64,000 nt of DNA from Alphaproteobacteria bacterium (GCA_965242505.1 OZ251449.1:3598630-3662629), one strand, 5' to 3'; counted from the stretch's first letter, positions 1 to 9,522 are shown. Notes: a model not told the origin generated them from the sequence alone. Numbers and translations: made by a program.

Positions 1-2
1 TG

Positions 3-791
3 GACCCGGTGCACTCCGTGTTCCTGCACGAGCGCTACGCGCTTCATTTCGAGCACCGGGCCTTCGCCGTCCTGCCCAACCTCAAGTGGCGGCTCACCGG
101 CGACGGCGACGGCATGATGTACATGTCGGTGCGGCGCCTGGACGAGGACTGGATCTGGGCGCGCATCCTCCACTGCCGGATGCCGTTCGAGAGCTACGTG
201 CCGTCGGTGTGGGACCTGCCGCGGCCGACGTACTACCAGCCCGGCTTCTACCTGCGCCGGATGGTGCCCGTGGACGACCGCAACTCCATCTTCTTCGGCT
301 GGCGCGCCCACGGCGCCGACCGTTTCGTCGGCGGCGACCCGACGGAGAACGGCTGGAACCTGATCGACATGGGCGGCCAGGTCGAGAAGCCGACCTACGA
401 GGAGAAGCAGCGCGAGGCGGGCGACTGGGAGGCCCAGGGGAGCGTCTGGTACGGCGTGTCCCGTCCCGACATCGAGCATCCCGGCGCGACGGACGGCGGC
501 GTGATGATGATGCGCCGGGCGCTGCGCGACATCGTCGAGGGCAACGCGCCCGCCGCGTGGCCCCGACCGGAAGACGGCGGCGAGCCGGAGCCGACGAAGA
601 TCCTGTCCCAGGACTCCGTGCTCAACGTCAGGGAGCGTCCGGACGCGGACGAGGACTGGGCGTTGCTCGGCGCGGTCGGCGACCGGATCACCGAGGTCGT
701 CATCGAGGGCAGCGAGAAGTTCATCGGCCCGGAACGCGACGCCTGGATCATCGAGCGGATCAGGAAGATCGAGGCCGAGCACCGGGGCTGA
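3..791 (+). CDS. Rieske-type aromatic ring-hydroxylating oxygenase alpha subunit, C-terminal catalytic domain (5' end lies outside window)
   Basis: ORF 9..791 is open to the window edge; VanA/phthalate-dioxygenase-like catalytic-domain sequence; stop overlaps the next start (TGAcgATG context). Confidence 0.55.
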   Translation, partial: DPVHSVFLHERYALHFEHRAFAVLPNLKWRLTGDGDGMMYMSVRRLDEDWIWARILHCRMPFESYVPSVWDLPRPTYYQPGFYLRRMVPVDDRNSIFFGWRAHGADRFVGGDPTENGWNLIDMGGQVEKPTYEEKQREAGDWEAQGSVWYGVSRPDIEHPGATDGGVMMMRRALRDIVEGNAPAAWPRPEDGGEPEPTKILSQDSVLNVRERPDADEDWALLGAVGDRITEVVIEGSEKFIGPERDAWIIERIRKIEAEHRG

Positions 792-793
792 CG

Positions 794-1519
794 ATGGCAA
801 AGGCGGCGACGACACCGCGCGCCGCGCGCGCGCCCGAACCGGTCAAGCCCGGACGCCGGCTGGAGCGGATCGAGGGCTACGCCGTGCAGAACAAGCGGAC
901 GCCGAGCCGGCGCCTCGGGAAGCTGGACGCCACGCCGTGGCAGACGCTGGGTCCGTTCTACCCGCACGAGTTCCTCGTCGAGCCGGGCGAGAACGACATG
1001 ACGCGGATCGCCAGGGGCAAACCGCGCGCCAGGGGCGAGGTCATCGACGTCGCGGGGCGCGTGCTGGACGAGGACGGGCGGCCGGTCCGGGACTGCCTGA
1101 TCGAGGCCTGGCAGTGCAACGCGGCCGGCCGCTACCGGCACGCGGCGGACCAGTCCGACATCCCGCTCGACCCCAACTTCAACGGCGTCGGCCGGACCGT
1201 CACCGACGAGGACGGGCGCTACCGGTTCCACACGATCAAGCCGGCGGCCTATGCGGTGCCCGGCTACGACTCCTGGAAGCGGCCCCGGCACATCCACTTC
1301 TCGCTGTACGCCGCCGGCATCCTCGACCGTCTGATCACCCAGATGTACTTCCCGGGCGAGCGCCTGAACCGCCGGGACTTCATGTTCAACGCGCTTCCCG
1401 ACGACAGGGCGCGGCGGGCGCTGACGGGCAAGGCGTCCAGGGGCCCGCGCGGCGCGACGACGTACACCTTCGACATGGTGTTGCGGGGCTCCCGGGAGAC
1501 GCCGTTCTTCGAAGCCTGA
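794..1519 (+). CDS. pcaH: intradiol ring-cleavage dioxygenase, protocatechuate 3,4-dioxygenase beta-subunit-like
   Basis: 241 aa from ATG 794 inside ORF 86..1519; PcaH-like blocks (WQTLGPFYPHEF, RHIHFSLYAAG); no separate alpha (pcaG) subunit gene seen. Confidence 0.7.
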   Translation: MAKAATTPRAARAPEPVKPGRRLERIEGYAVQNKRTPSRRLGKLDATPWQTLGPFYPHEFLVEPGENDMTRIARGKPRARGEVIDVAGRVLDEDGRPVRDCLIEAWQCNAAGRYRHAADQSDIPLDPNFNGVGRTVTDEDGRYRFHTIKPAAYAVPGYDSWKRPRHIHFSLYAAGILDRLITQMYFPGERLNRRDFMFNALPDDRARRALTGKASRGPRGATTYTFDMVLRGSRETPFFEA

Positions 1520-1558
1520 TCCGCCGTCCGCCGAGAGCCGAAGCGCGAGTCGGCGCCG

Positions 1559-2884
1559 ATGCCGGACGCTCCCCCGATCAGCCCCCTTGCGGAGATCTTC
1601 TCCGAGGCGGGGCGCCTCGAGCGGTATCTGGCCTTCGAGGCGGCGCTCGCCGAGGTCGAGGCCGAGCTCGGCCTGATACCCGAGGAGGCGGCGCGGGAGA
1701 TCGCGCGGGTCGCCACGCCCGGGACCATCGACACGGAGAGGCTCGCCGCCGACGCGCGGCGGACCGGGTATCCGATCGCGCCGCTGGCGCGCCAGCTCGC
1801 GGCGGCCTGCCGCGGCGAGCTGGGGCAGTTCGTCCACTGGGGAAGCACCACGCAGGACGTCATGGACACGGCGCTCGCGATGCAGTTCCGCGACGCCTTC
1901 GCGCACGTCGAGGGAGATCTGAAGGGCCTGGCCCGGGACCTCGCCGGTCTGGCGGCGCGGCACCGGGACACGCCGATGGCGGCGCGTACCTTCGGCGGGC
2001 ACGCCCTGCCGTTCACGTTCGGCGCCAAGGTCGCGCGCTGGCTGGCGCCGGTCTGCCGCCACGTCGAGCGCCTGGAAGAGATTCGCCCGCGCGTTCTCGT
2101 GGGCCAGTTCGGCGGCGCGGCGGGGACCCTGGCGTCCTTCGGCGGGCGCGGCGCGGAGGCGCGGGAGAGGCTGCTGGCGCGTCTCGGGCTGGGCGAGGCG
2201 GTCGCCGTCTGGCACACGGCGCGGGACACGGTGGCGGAGGCGGCCTGTTTCATGGGCCTCGTCACGGCGACCCTCGGCAAGATCGGACACGACGTGGCCG
2301 CTCTCGGCGCGAGCGACGTGGGCGAGGCGTTCGAGCCCGTCTCGGGCGGGCGGGACGCCAGCAGCGCGTTGCCGCAGAAACGGAATCCGGTGTATTCGGG
2401 GCGGATCGTCGCCAACGCGCGGATCGTCGCGAGCCACGTGTCCCTCGTGCTCGACTCCGCCCGGCACGACCACGAGCGGGGACCGCAGGGGTTCGTCGAG
2501 AACATGATCGCGCCGGAGATCTTCGTCCTTGCGGGCGAGGCCCTCGCCGCCGCGCGCCACGTCGCGGCGGGCCTCCGCGTGGACGCGGCGCGGATGCGCG
2601 CCAACCTCGAGTCCTCCCGCGGGGCCGTCATGGCCGAGGCCGCGGCGATGGCGCTGGCGCCGCGCCTCGGTCGCCTGCGGGCGAAGGACCTCGTCCACGA
2701 CGCCTGCCTGCGGGCGGAGGCCGAGGCGGCGGATCTGGCGTCCGTCCTCGCGTCGATCCCGGACGTCGCCGGGCTCGTCGACGGGGACGAGCTCGCGCGG
2801 GCGATGGAGCCCCGGAACTACCTGGGCGCGGCGGGCGCGGAAGTGGACCGGACGGTGGCCCTCGCGCGGGAGATCGCCGGATGA
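1559..2884 (+). CDS. pcaB: fumarate-lyase superfamily enzyme, 3-carboxy-cis,cis-muconate cycloisomerase-like
   Basis: 441-aa ORF; adenylosuccinate-lyase/PcaB family signature (GSSALPQKRNP); lies in the aromatic cluster. Confidence 0.7.
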   Translation: MPDAPPISPLAEIFSEAGRLERYLAFEAALAEVEAELGLIPEEAAREIARVATPGTIDTERLAADARRTGYPIAPLARQLAAACRGELGQFVHWGSTTQDVMDTALAMQFRDAFAHVEGDLKGLARDLAGLAARHRDTPMAARTFGGHALPFTFGAKVARWLAPVCRHVERLEEIRPRVLVGQFGGAAGTLASFGGRGAEARERLLARLGLGEAVAVWHTARDTVAEAACFMGLVTATLGKIGHDVAALGASDVGEAFEPVSGGRDASSALPQKRNPVYSGRIVANARIVASHVSLVLDSARHDHERGPQGFVENMIAPEIFVLAGEALAAARHVAAGLRVDAARMRANLESSRGAVMAEAAAMALAPRLGRLRAKDLVHDACLRAEAEAADLASVLASIPDVAGLVDGDELARAMEPRNYLGAAGAEVDRTVALAREIAG

Positions 2885-3807
2885 CGACGACCGGCGTCCC
2901 CGCCGGCATCCCCGACTGCGAGGGGCCGGACCCCCATCCGGACCCGCCGGCGTTCACGCCGCCGCCGGGCGCCTGCGACGCGCACTTCCACGTGTTCGGC
3001 CCGTCGGACAGGTTCCCCTTCGCGCCGGACCGCAGGTACACGCCGCCCGATTCACCGCTGGAGGACTATCTCGTCCTCATGGAGAAGCTCGGCATCGAGC
3101 GCGGCGTCGTGGTCCATCCCAACCTGCACGGGAACGACAACGCGGTCACGCTCGACGCCGTCGCCCGGAGCGACGGCCGGTTCGTCGCCATCGTCAGGCT
3201 CGACGCCTCCGCCGACTTCGAGGACCTGAAGCGCCTGGACGCCCTCGGCGCGCGCGGCGTCCGCTTCGCGTTCAATCCGCGCCACGGCGGCGCCTTCGAT
3301 CCCGGGCTCTTCGACCGCGCCGCCGGCTGGTGCGCGCGGCTGGGGTGGCAGATCGAGGTGCATCCGGCGCCCGAGGACCTCGTCGGCCTGGCCGAGCGCC
3401 TGGCGCGCGCCGACGCGCCCGTCGTCATCGACCATTTCGGCCGGGTCGACGTCTCCCTCGGCCTCGACCAGGAGCCGTTCCGCGTGCTGCTGGACCTCGC
3501 CGGGGAGCGGCACGTGTGGGTGAAGCTCACGGGCGCCGACCGCATCTCGGGGACGGGGCCGCCCTACGGCGACGTCGTCCCGTTCGCCCGCGCGCTCATC
3601 GCCGCGGCGCCGGACCGCGTGGTGTGGGGAACCGACTGGCCGCACTCGGCCTGCTTCGACCCGGCGCGGATGCCGAACGACGGGGCGCTCCTCAACCTGT
3701 TGCCGGCGTTCGCCCCGGACCCCGGCGCGCGCGACAGGATACTCGTGGACAACGCGGCGCGCCTGTTCGGGTTTCCCCGGGCGCCGGAACCGGAGGGACG
3801 GACATGA
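2881..3807 (+). CDS. amidohydrolase-2 family hydrolase (LigI / 2-pyrone-4,6-dicarboxylate lactonase-like)
   Basis: ATG 2881 overlaps the pcaB stop (ATGA); HFHVFGP ... WGTDWPH metal-binding blocks typical of the amidohydrolase 2 family; in frame within spurious long ORF 937..3807. Confidence 0.65.
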   Translation: MTTTGVPAGIPDCEGPDPHPDPPAFTPPPGACDAHFHVFGPSDRFPFAPDRRYTPPDSPLEDYLVLMEKLGIERGVVVHPNLHGNDNAVTLDAVARSDGRFVAIVRLDASADFEDLKRLDALGARGVRFAFNPRHGGAFDPGLFDRAAGWCARLGWQIEVHPAPEDLVGLAERLARADAPVVIDHFGRVDVSLGLDQEPFRVLLDLAGERHVWVKLTGADRISGTGPPYGDVVPFARALIAAAPDRVVWGTDWPHSACFDPARMPNDGALLNLLPAFAPDPGARDRILVDNAARLFGFPRAPEPEGRT

Positions 3808-4682
3808 ACGTGGAGATCCGCAGGCTCGACACGGAACGGGACCGGCTGGGCGAGGGGCCGCTCTGGGACCCGCGGGACGAGGTCCTCTACTGGGTCGACT
3901 CGAACGGCTGCCGCGTCCGCCGCCTCGACCCGGCCAGCGGCGAGGTCCGCGACTGGCCGGTTCCCGAGCGGATCGGCTCCCTGGCGCTCCGCGAGTCCGG
4001 CGGCGCGGTGATTGCCCTGAAGTCGGGGTTCCACTTCCTCGACTTCGAGAGCGGGGCCGTCACGCCGATCGTCGACCCCGAGGCGGGGGAGGAGCGCACG
4101 CGCTTCAACGACGGCAAGGTCGACAGGCAGGGCCGGTTCCTCGCCGGCTCGATGGACGACATGCCCGGCATGAACGCCTTCCGCGGCGCGCTCTACCGGC
4201 TGGACCCGGACCTGAAGGCGACGCGGCTGCGGGAGGGCGTCGGGATCTCCAACGGGCCGTGCTTCAGCCCCGACGGGGGCACGTTCTACTTCGCCGACAG
4301 TCCGCGAAGGACGATCTGGGCCCACGACTACGACGGCGCGACCGGCGAGATCTCCAACATGCGCGTCTTCGCCGGTCCGGAAACGCTCGACGCCGTCCCC
4401 GACGGCGCGACGGTGGACGCCGACGGTTGCGTGTGGAGCGCCCTGGTCTCGCGCGGCCGGATCGGCTGCTTCTCGCCGGACGGCGAGCTCGTCCGCGCGG
4501 TCGACACGCCCACCGACCACCCCTCCAGCGTGACGTTCGGAGGCCCCGGCCTCGACGTCCTCTACGTCACGTCGATCTGGGAGTGGCAACGGGCGAAGAC
4601 CGGGAACGACGCCGACGGCCGCCTGTTCGCCGTATACGGCCTCGGCGCGACCGGCCTGCCCGAGCCGCGCTTCGCCGGGTAG
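3804..4682 (+). CDS. SMP-30/gluconolactonase/LRE family lactonase
   Basis: ATG 3804 overlaps the previous stop; regucalcin-like beta-propeller sequence (GEGPLWD ... NGPCFSPDG). Confidence 0.65.
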   Translation: MNVEIRRLDTERDRLGEGPLWDPRDEVLYWVDSNGCRVRRLDPASGEVRDWPVPERIGSLALRESGGAVIALKSGFHFLDFESGAVTPIVDPEAGEERTRFNDGKVDRQGRFLAGSMDDMPGMNAFRGALYRLDPDLKATRLREGVGISNGPCFSPDGGTFYFADSPRRTIWAHDYDGATGEISNMRVFAGPETLDAVPDGATVDADGCVWSALVSRGRIGCFSPDGELVRAVDTPTDHPSSVTFGGPGLDVLYVTSIWEWQRAKTGNDADGRLFAVYGLGATGLPEPRFAG

Positions 4683-4781
4683 CGCCCGGTCGCGGAGTTC
4701 GTCCGCGCCGCCGCATCGCGACCGTGAACGGCCTGCCGGGCGGTCGAGCGCGGCGTTGCGGCGTCGCGGCGTCGCGTCCGG

Positions 4782-4975
4782 ACCCCCCTCCCGACCTCCC
4801 CCCTGTCAGGGGGGAGGAGAGCGCGTGGTCAGGGGGGAGGAGTGTGAATGGTCAGGGGGGAAGCATGGATGGTCAGGGGGGAAGAGCGTCAACTGCCCCT
4901 CCGTCCCCTTCTTCTCCCTCCCCCTGGCAGGGGGAGGGTCGGGGTGGGGGTCGCGCCAAGGGGGAGGAGGGGCGC
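4782..4975. repeat. REP-like GC-rich palindromic element cluster (family found throughout window)
   Basis: CCCCTCCCGACCTCCCCCCTGTCAGGGGGGAGGAG plus CCCTCCCCCTGGCAGGGGGAGGGTCGGGGTGGGGGTCGCGCC hairpin modules; bounds approximate. Confidence 0.8.
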
Positions 4976-4977
4976 GG

Positions 4978-5622
4978 TCAGGCGTGCTCGACGGATCCGA
5001 CGATCCGGTGGATGGCGGAGACTTCCCCGGACGGGATCCGGATCTCGGCGCCGGGGTTCAGCTGCTCCAGCACGACGATGTGGTCGTCGCGGCTCCTGAA
5101 CCGTTTCACCAGGGCCTCGCCGTTCGCCTTCTGGACCACGGCGTAGCAGCCGGCGGTGACGGGCCGGGCCGGATTCACGTAGAGCAGTTCCAGCGCGCGA
5201 TACCGGGGCTCCATGGAATCGCCGGTCATGTAGACGGCGTAGGCCTGCACGGCGCCGGCGAGCAGGGCCGGCCGCGCGAGGCGTTCCGTGACCTCGCCGT
5301 CGTTGAAGAGCAGGGTGTCGCTCCCCCCGACCGCCGTCCCGTACACGGGCAGGTCTATGGCGCCGTATGCGGGAAGCTCGCGCACCCGGACGCCGGACCC
5401 GTCGCTCGCGCCCGAACGCATGGCGAGGTCGGCCTCGTTCGCGATCAGCTCGGTGGGATGGACGCCGAGGCCCGAGGCGACCCGTTCCATCCACTCCGTG
5501 CTCAACCGGCGGACGCCCCGTTCCAGCCGATGGATCTGCTGCGGCGTGGTGCCGATCCGGTCCGCGAGCCGTTGCAGCGTGAGGTCCTGGCGGAGGCGAA
5601 GCTCCCTGATCCTGTTCTTCAT
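4978..5622 (-). CDS. cI/LexA-like repressor (XRE-type HTH N-terminus plus S24 LexA-like peptidase C-terminus)
   Basis: ORF 4978..5700; start assigned to MKNRIRELR (ATG 5622), which begins a complete HTH domain; C-terminal S24 domain with GDSMEP and VKRF motifs. Confidence 0.65.
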   Translation of the reverse strand: MKNRIRELRLRQDLTLQRLADRIGTTPQQIHRLERGVRRLSTEWMERVASGLGVHPTELIANEADLAMRSGASDGSGVRVRELPAYGAIDLPVYGTAVGGSDTLLFNDGEVTERLARPALLAGAVQAYAVYMTGDSMEPRYRALELLYVNPARPVTAGCYAVVQKANGEALVKRFRSRDDHIVVLEQLNPGAEIRIPSGEVSAIHRIVGSVEHA

Positions 5623-5780
5623 GGCGGCGATGTTACCGCCGGTTTCGGAAAATATCAAACACGGGATCGGACCGGATCGGAAGTGTTTGCATTTCATCAC
5701 CGTATTGGATATGTATTGGATATAATCCGTTCATACCGCCGAGACCTCCGGCGCCGGACGTCCGCGAAAGGATCGCCCCC
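5623..5780. promoter_or_regulatory. divergent intergenic promoter/operator region (AT-richer) between repressor gene and the gene for the HTH protein
   Basis: Direct repeat GTATTGGATATGTATTGGATAT and an AAACAC...GGATCGGACCGGATCGG...GTGTTT inverted/direct repeat pattern between divergent starts. Confidence 0.4.
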
Positions 5781-6332
5781 ATGTCTCTCCCGTCTCTCCC
5801 GTCGAACGTCAAGACCGCTCCCCCGACCCGCGCCGAGCGCGGACGGCACCGGGACGTCCTCCTGGTCGGGCTGCGCATGTGCGCGGAGGCCGGGAAGGCG
5901 GAGCCGACCGTCGCGGACGCGGTGTGGGAACTGCTGATCGAGGCTGCGGACACCCTGAAGCGGTTGCCGGACCGGGAGCGGCGCTGGCTCGCGTCGGGGA
6001 CCCGTTCGTCGTGGCCGCGGGCGATTCGCGAGTACGGCGAGGCGTTCGCGGCCGCGGTGGCGAGCGGCGGGCGCTGGGAGCCGATGTCCGCCGGCCTCGC
6101 GCCGCCGTCCGCCGGCGCCATTGGACGCCTCGAGACCGTCATGGAGTGGCTGATCGGCGCGAGCCGGCGGTCGCCGCCGCGGGAGACGAACGTCGCCTTC
6201 GCGCTCGCCGCCGGGGTTCCCGTTCCGGCGATACGCCGGCGTTTCGGCATCGCCCGGCGGACCGTCTACGCCGTCCGCGACCGCGGGCTGAGAAGGATCC
6301 GCGACTGGCTGGAGGAGACGCTCGCCGAATGA
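5781..6332 (+). CDS. hypothetical protein with C-terminal sigma-70 region-4/LuxR-like HTH
   Basis: 183-aa ORF divergent from the repressor; C-terminal AIRRRFGIARRTVYAVRDRGLRRI helix-turn-helix. Confidence 0.45.
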   Translation: MSLPSLPSNVKTAPPTRAERGRHRDVLLVGLRMCAEAGKAEPTVADAVWELLIEAADTLKRLPDRERRWLASGTRSSWPRAIREYGEAFAAAVASGGRWEPMSAGLAPPSAGAIGRLETVMEWLIGASRRSPPRETNVAFALAAGVPVPAIRRRFGIARRTVYAVRDRGLRRIRDWLEETLAE

Positions 6333-6343
6333 GGCCGCCGCGC

Positions 6344-8029
6344 TCACATGAAGTCGAAATCGCAGCCCTGGTCCGCCTGGAGGACGGAGTCCACGTAGAG
6401 CTTGAGGTATCCCCGCTCGCTCCCCGGATGGGGGGGCGGGGGTTCCCAGCCCTCCCGGCGGGAGCGGAGCTCCGCCGCGTCGACGTCGAGCTCCAGCCGG
6501 CGCGCCTCGACGTCCAGGGAGATCGCGTCCCCGTCGCGGACGAGGGCGAGGGGGCCGCCGACGCAGGACTCCGGCGTGACGTGGAGGACGACCGCGCCGA
6601 ACGCGGCGCCGCTCATGCGGGCGTCGGACACGCGCACCATGTCCTTGACGCCCCGCCGGGCGAGTTTCCTCGGTATGGGCAGGTAGCCGGCCTCCGGCAT
6701 CCCGGGCGCGCCCCTGGGGCCGGCGTTCCTGAGGACGAGCACGCTGTCCGCGTCGACGTCGAGGTCCGGGTCGTCGATCCGCCGGGCGAGGTCCTCCAGG
6801 GACTCGAAGACGACCGCCCGGCCCCGGTGGGACAGGAGCTCGGGCGACGCGGCGGAATGCTTGATGACGGCGCCTCCCGGCGCGAGGTTCCCGCGCAGCA
6901 CCGCCAGCCCGCCCGAGGGCCGGACGGGCCTGTCGGGAGAGCGGACGACGTCCTGCCCGGACACGCGCTCCCCCTCCTCGATGTTCTCGCCGAGGGGGCG
7001 GCCGGTGATCGTCGGCGCGTCGAGCGCGAGATGCGGCGCGAGCTCGCGCAGCACCGCGTTCAGGCCGCCGGATTCGTGCAGGTTCTCCATGTAGTGCTCG
7101 CCCGACGGCTTGAGGTCGACGAGCACCGGCGTCTCGCGTCCGATGCGGTCGAACTCGTCGAGGTCGATGGCGAGGCCCAGCCGGCGGGCGATCGCCGCGA
7201 GATGGATCAGGGCGTTGGTGGATCCCCCGATCGCCTGGAGGACGACCAGGGCGTTGCGGAAGGCGTCGGCGGTCATGACCTCCGACGGGCGCGGCCCGGA
7301 CTCCGCCATCTCGACGGCCCGGCGGCCGGTCCGTTCGGCGATCCGCAGGCGGTCGGCGTTGACGGCGGGGATGGCGCCGCCGCCGGGCAGCATCATGCCG
7401 AGGGCCTCCGTCACGCAGGCCATGGTGCTCGCGGCGCCCATGACCATGCAGGCGCCGATGGTGGGCGCCAGGCGGCCGGTGATCTCGTCGATGTCGGCGT
7501 CGTCGAGCTCGCCGGCGCGGTAGCTCGCCCACAGGCGTCGGCAGTCGGTGCAGGCGCCCAGGCGGCGGCCCCGGTAGCGGCCCGTCATCATCGGCCCGGT
7601 GACGACGGCGGCGGCGGGGACGTCGGCGCTGGCCGCGGCCATGAGCTGGGCCGGCACGGTCTTGTCGCAGCCGCCGATCAGGACCACCGCGTCCATGGGC
7701 TGGGCGCGGATCATCTCTTCGGTGTCCATCGCCATCAGGTTCCGCAGGAACATGCTGGTGGGGTGGGAGAAGGATTCGTGGATCGAGATCGTCGGGAAGG
7801 CCATCGGCATCCCGCCGGCCAGCATGACGCCCCGCTTCACCGCCTCGACGAGCTTCGCCATGCCCCCGTGGCAGGCGTTGTAGTCGCCGCCGGTGTCGGC
7901 GATCCCGACGATGGGGCGCGTCAGGGCGTCGTCGGAATATCCCATCGCCTTGACGAAGGCGCGCCGCATGTAGAGGGAGAAGGCCTCGTCGCCGTACTGG
8001 GCGAGGCCCTTCCTCAGGCCCTTTTTCAT
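6344..8029 (-). CDS. IlvD/Edd family dehydratase (dihydroxy-acid / sugar-acid dehydratase)
   Basis: True start MKKGLRKG (ATG 8029) inside spurious 755-aa ORF 6344..8611; IlvD/EDD conserved blocks (CDKTVP, GGSTNA). Confidence 0.7.
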   Translation of the reverse strand: MKKGLRKGLAQYGDEAFSLYMRRAFVKAMGYSDDALTRPIVGIADTGGDYNACHGGMAKLVEAVKRGVMLAGGMPMAFPTISIHESFSHPTSMFLRNLMAMDTEEMIRAQPMDAVVLIGGCDKTVPAQLMAAASADVPAAAVVTGPMMTGRYRGRRLGACTDCRRLWASYRAGELDDADIDEITGRLAPTIGACMVMGAASTMACVTEALGMMLPGGGAIPAVNADRLRIAERTGRRAVEMAESGPRPSEVMTADAFRNALVVLQAIGGSTNALIHLAAIARRLGLAIDLDEFDRIGRETPVLVDLKPSGEHYMENLHESGGLNAVLRELAPHLALDAPTITGRPLGENIEEGERVSGQDVVRSPDRPVRPSGGLAVLRGNLAPGGAVIKHSAASPELLSHRGRAVVFESLEDLARRIDDPDLDVDADSVLVLRNAGPRGAPGMPEAGYLPIPRKLARRGVKDMVRVSDARMSGAAFGAVVLHVTPESCVGGPLALVRDGDAISLDVEARRLELDVDAAELRSRREGWEPPPPHPGSERGYLKLYVDSVLQADQGCDFDFM

Positions 8030-8030
8030 G

Positions 8031-8105
8031 ACCCCCCCGGCGCGACCCCTGACCCGGCCCTCCCCCTGCCAGGGGGAGGGAGAAGAAGGGGGACGGAGGG
8101 GGCGG
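8031..8105. repeat. REP-like palindromic element
   Basis: GGCGCGACCCCTGACCCGGCCCTCCCCCTGCCAGGGGGAGGGAGAAG hairpin module. Confidence 0.75.
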
Positions 8106-8163
8106 GCCGCGGCCCCGCAACGCCGCGCAATCCTCGATCCTCCGTCGGGACGAGGAACGCGGG

Positions 8164-9246
8164 CTATTCCGCCGCCCGGGCGGGGGCGGGCGCGCCGACG
8201 TCCTTCAGCGGGCCGAGCTCCTTCTCCAGCATCGGCCGGATGTCGGAGGCGAACTTCTCCATCGTGTTCATGGCCTGGACGTGGCTGGAGCCGCCCACCT
8301 GGACGTGGAACATGACGTGGCTCGGCTGGCCGGCGCGGATGTCGGCGGCCAGCCTCTCGGCGATCGTCTCGCAGTCGCCGACCAGCAGGTTGTCGGCCAT
8401 CGTCTCCAGCGGCGGCTCGTCGGGGAACGGGACCTCGGTCATCATGCCGCCGTCCATGACCTCGGCCCGCCGGCGCAGCGCCGACGCCAGCCGCATCTGG
8501 TGACGGGCGTTGTCGACGTAGGCGAGCGCCTCCTCCCGGCTTTCGGCGACGCACAGGAACCGCTGGATGCCGAGCGGCATCGCCGCCGGGTCCCGGCCCT
8601 CCGCCTTCCACGACTCCGCGATCCGCGCCCGCATCCCGGCGATGTATTCCGAGCCCTTCCAGCGCGCCGTGAACATGGGGATCAGGCCGCGCCGCGCCGC
8701 CAGGCGATGGCCGGCCTCGTTGTCGCCGGCGAGCCAGATCTCCGGGACGCCGTTCGCCGGGCGGGCGCTGATGTGGGTCTCGGGCATGGCGTAGTGCCTG
8801 CCCTCGTAGGAGAAGGTGGCGCGCGTGAAGGCGAGGTCGAGGAGGTCGAGGAACTCCTCCAGCATCTCGCGGGCCTCGGCGAGATCGGCGCCGAAGCGCT
8901 CGAACTCGTAGGGCTGGTAGCCGCTGCCGACGCCGAGGACGAGGCGTCCCGAGCTGAGCGCGTCGACCATGCCGATCTCGGCCAGTACGCGGGCCGGGTG
9001 GTAGAGGGGGGTCACGATCACGGCGGTGCCGAGGCGGATGTCGCGCGTGGCCGACGCGCAGGCGGCGGCCATCATCAGCGGCGACGGGCAGACGCAGTAG
9101 TTGGAGAAGTGGTGCTCGGCGAACCAGGCGATGTCGAAACCCAGCCAGTCGGCGTGTTTCACCTGTTCGAGGTGCTCGCGGAAGACCCGTTCGATCGCGA
9201 AGCCCTTCTCGCGATATCCCATCAGGCTGAAATGGCCGAAATCCAT
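8164..9246 (-). CDS. LLM-class (luciferase-like) flavin-dependent oxidoreductase
   Basis: Start MDFGHF (ATG 9246) preceded by GGAGAAAGACG RBS; luciferase-like monooxygenase family sequence. Confidence 0.65.
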   Translation of the reverse strand: MDFGHFSLMGYREKGFAIERVFREHLEQVKHADWLGFDIAWFAEHHFSNYCVCPSPLMMAAACASATRDIRLGTAVIVTPLYHPARVLAEIGMVDALSSGRLVLGVGSGYQPYEFERFGADLAEAREMLEEFLDLLDLAFTRATFSYEGRHYAMPETHISARPANGVPEIWLAGDNEAGHRLAARRGLIPMFTARWKGSEYIAGMRARIAESWKAEGRDPAAMPLGIQRFLCVAESREEALAYVDNARHQMRLASALRRRAEVMDGGMMTEVPFPDEPPLETMADNLLVGDCETIAERLAADIRAGQPSHVMFHVQVGGSSHVQAMNTMEKFASDIRPMLEKELGPLKDVGAPAPARAAE

Positions 9247-9316
9247 CGTCTTTCTCCAGGGTCGCCGCGCCGGGGCCGCCGCGGGCCGCGGGCCCGCCTC
9301 CGGCGCCCGTCCGGCG

Positions 9317-9358
9317 GTCGGGAAAGCGGCGTCAGGTTGCCACAGCGGGGCGGCGTTC
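9317..9358. repeat. 42-bp direct repeat (copy 1 of 3) marking the tandem-duplication unit boundary
   Basis: GGTCGGGAAAGCGGCGTCAGGTTGCCACAGCGGGGCGGCGTT, identical at 11238..11279 and 12835..12876. Confidence 0.85.
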
Positions 9359-9522
9359 GGCAAACGCCCCGAGCTTCCGGTTCTTGCCGCAAATCATCGC
9401 GAAGGATTTGTCCGGGTTGGGGGGTCAGCAGGAGGGCCGGCGTTTTCGTCAGGGTGCGGCGCACCGCACTCGCGCGGGCTGCGCGAGCTCGGTTTCGCGG
9501 CGTTGTGGCCCGGTTCGCTTCG

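Noticed and set aside
794-1519. Calling a complete two-subunit protocatechuate 3,4-dioxygenase (pcaHG)
   Set aside because: Only a beta-subunit-like gene is present, and the next gene is a fumarate-lyase-family enzyme, so no alpha subunit is claimed.
395-2698. 767-aa minus-strand ORF and other very long ORFs: 937..3807, 2529..4682, 5697..8120, 5879..8503, 8281..9891, 15679..19122, 25839..28859, 32489..34300, 37124..38704, 38145..39902, 44955..46778, 46793..48574, 51238..54669, 55969..57507, 59610..61139
   Set aside because: They run antisense or out of frame to recognisable family genes. They are Arg/Pro/Gly-rich low-complexity translations typical of stop-codon-poor 70% GC DNA, and have no motifs or RBS.
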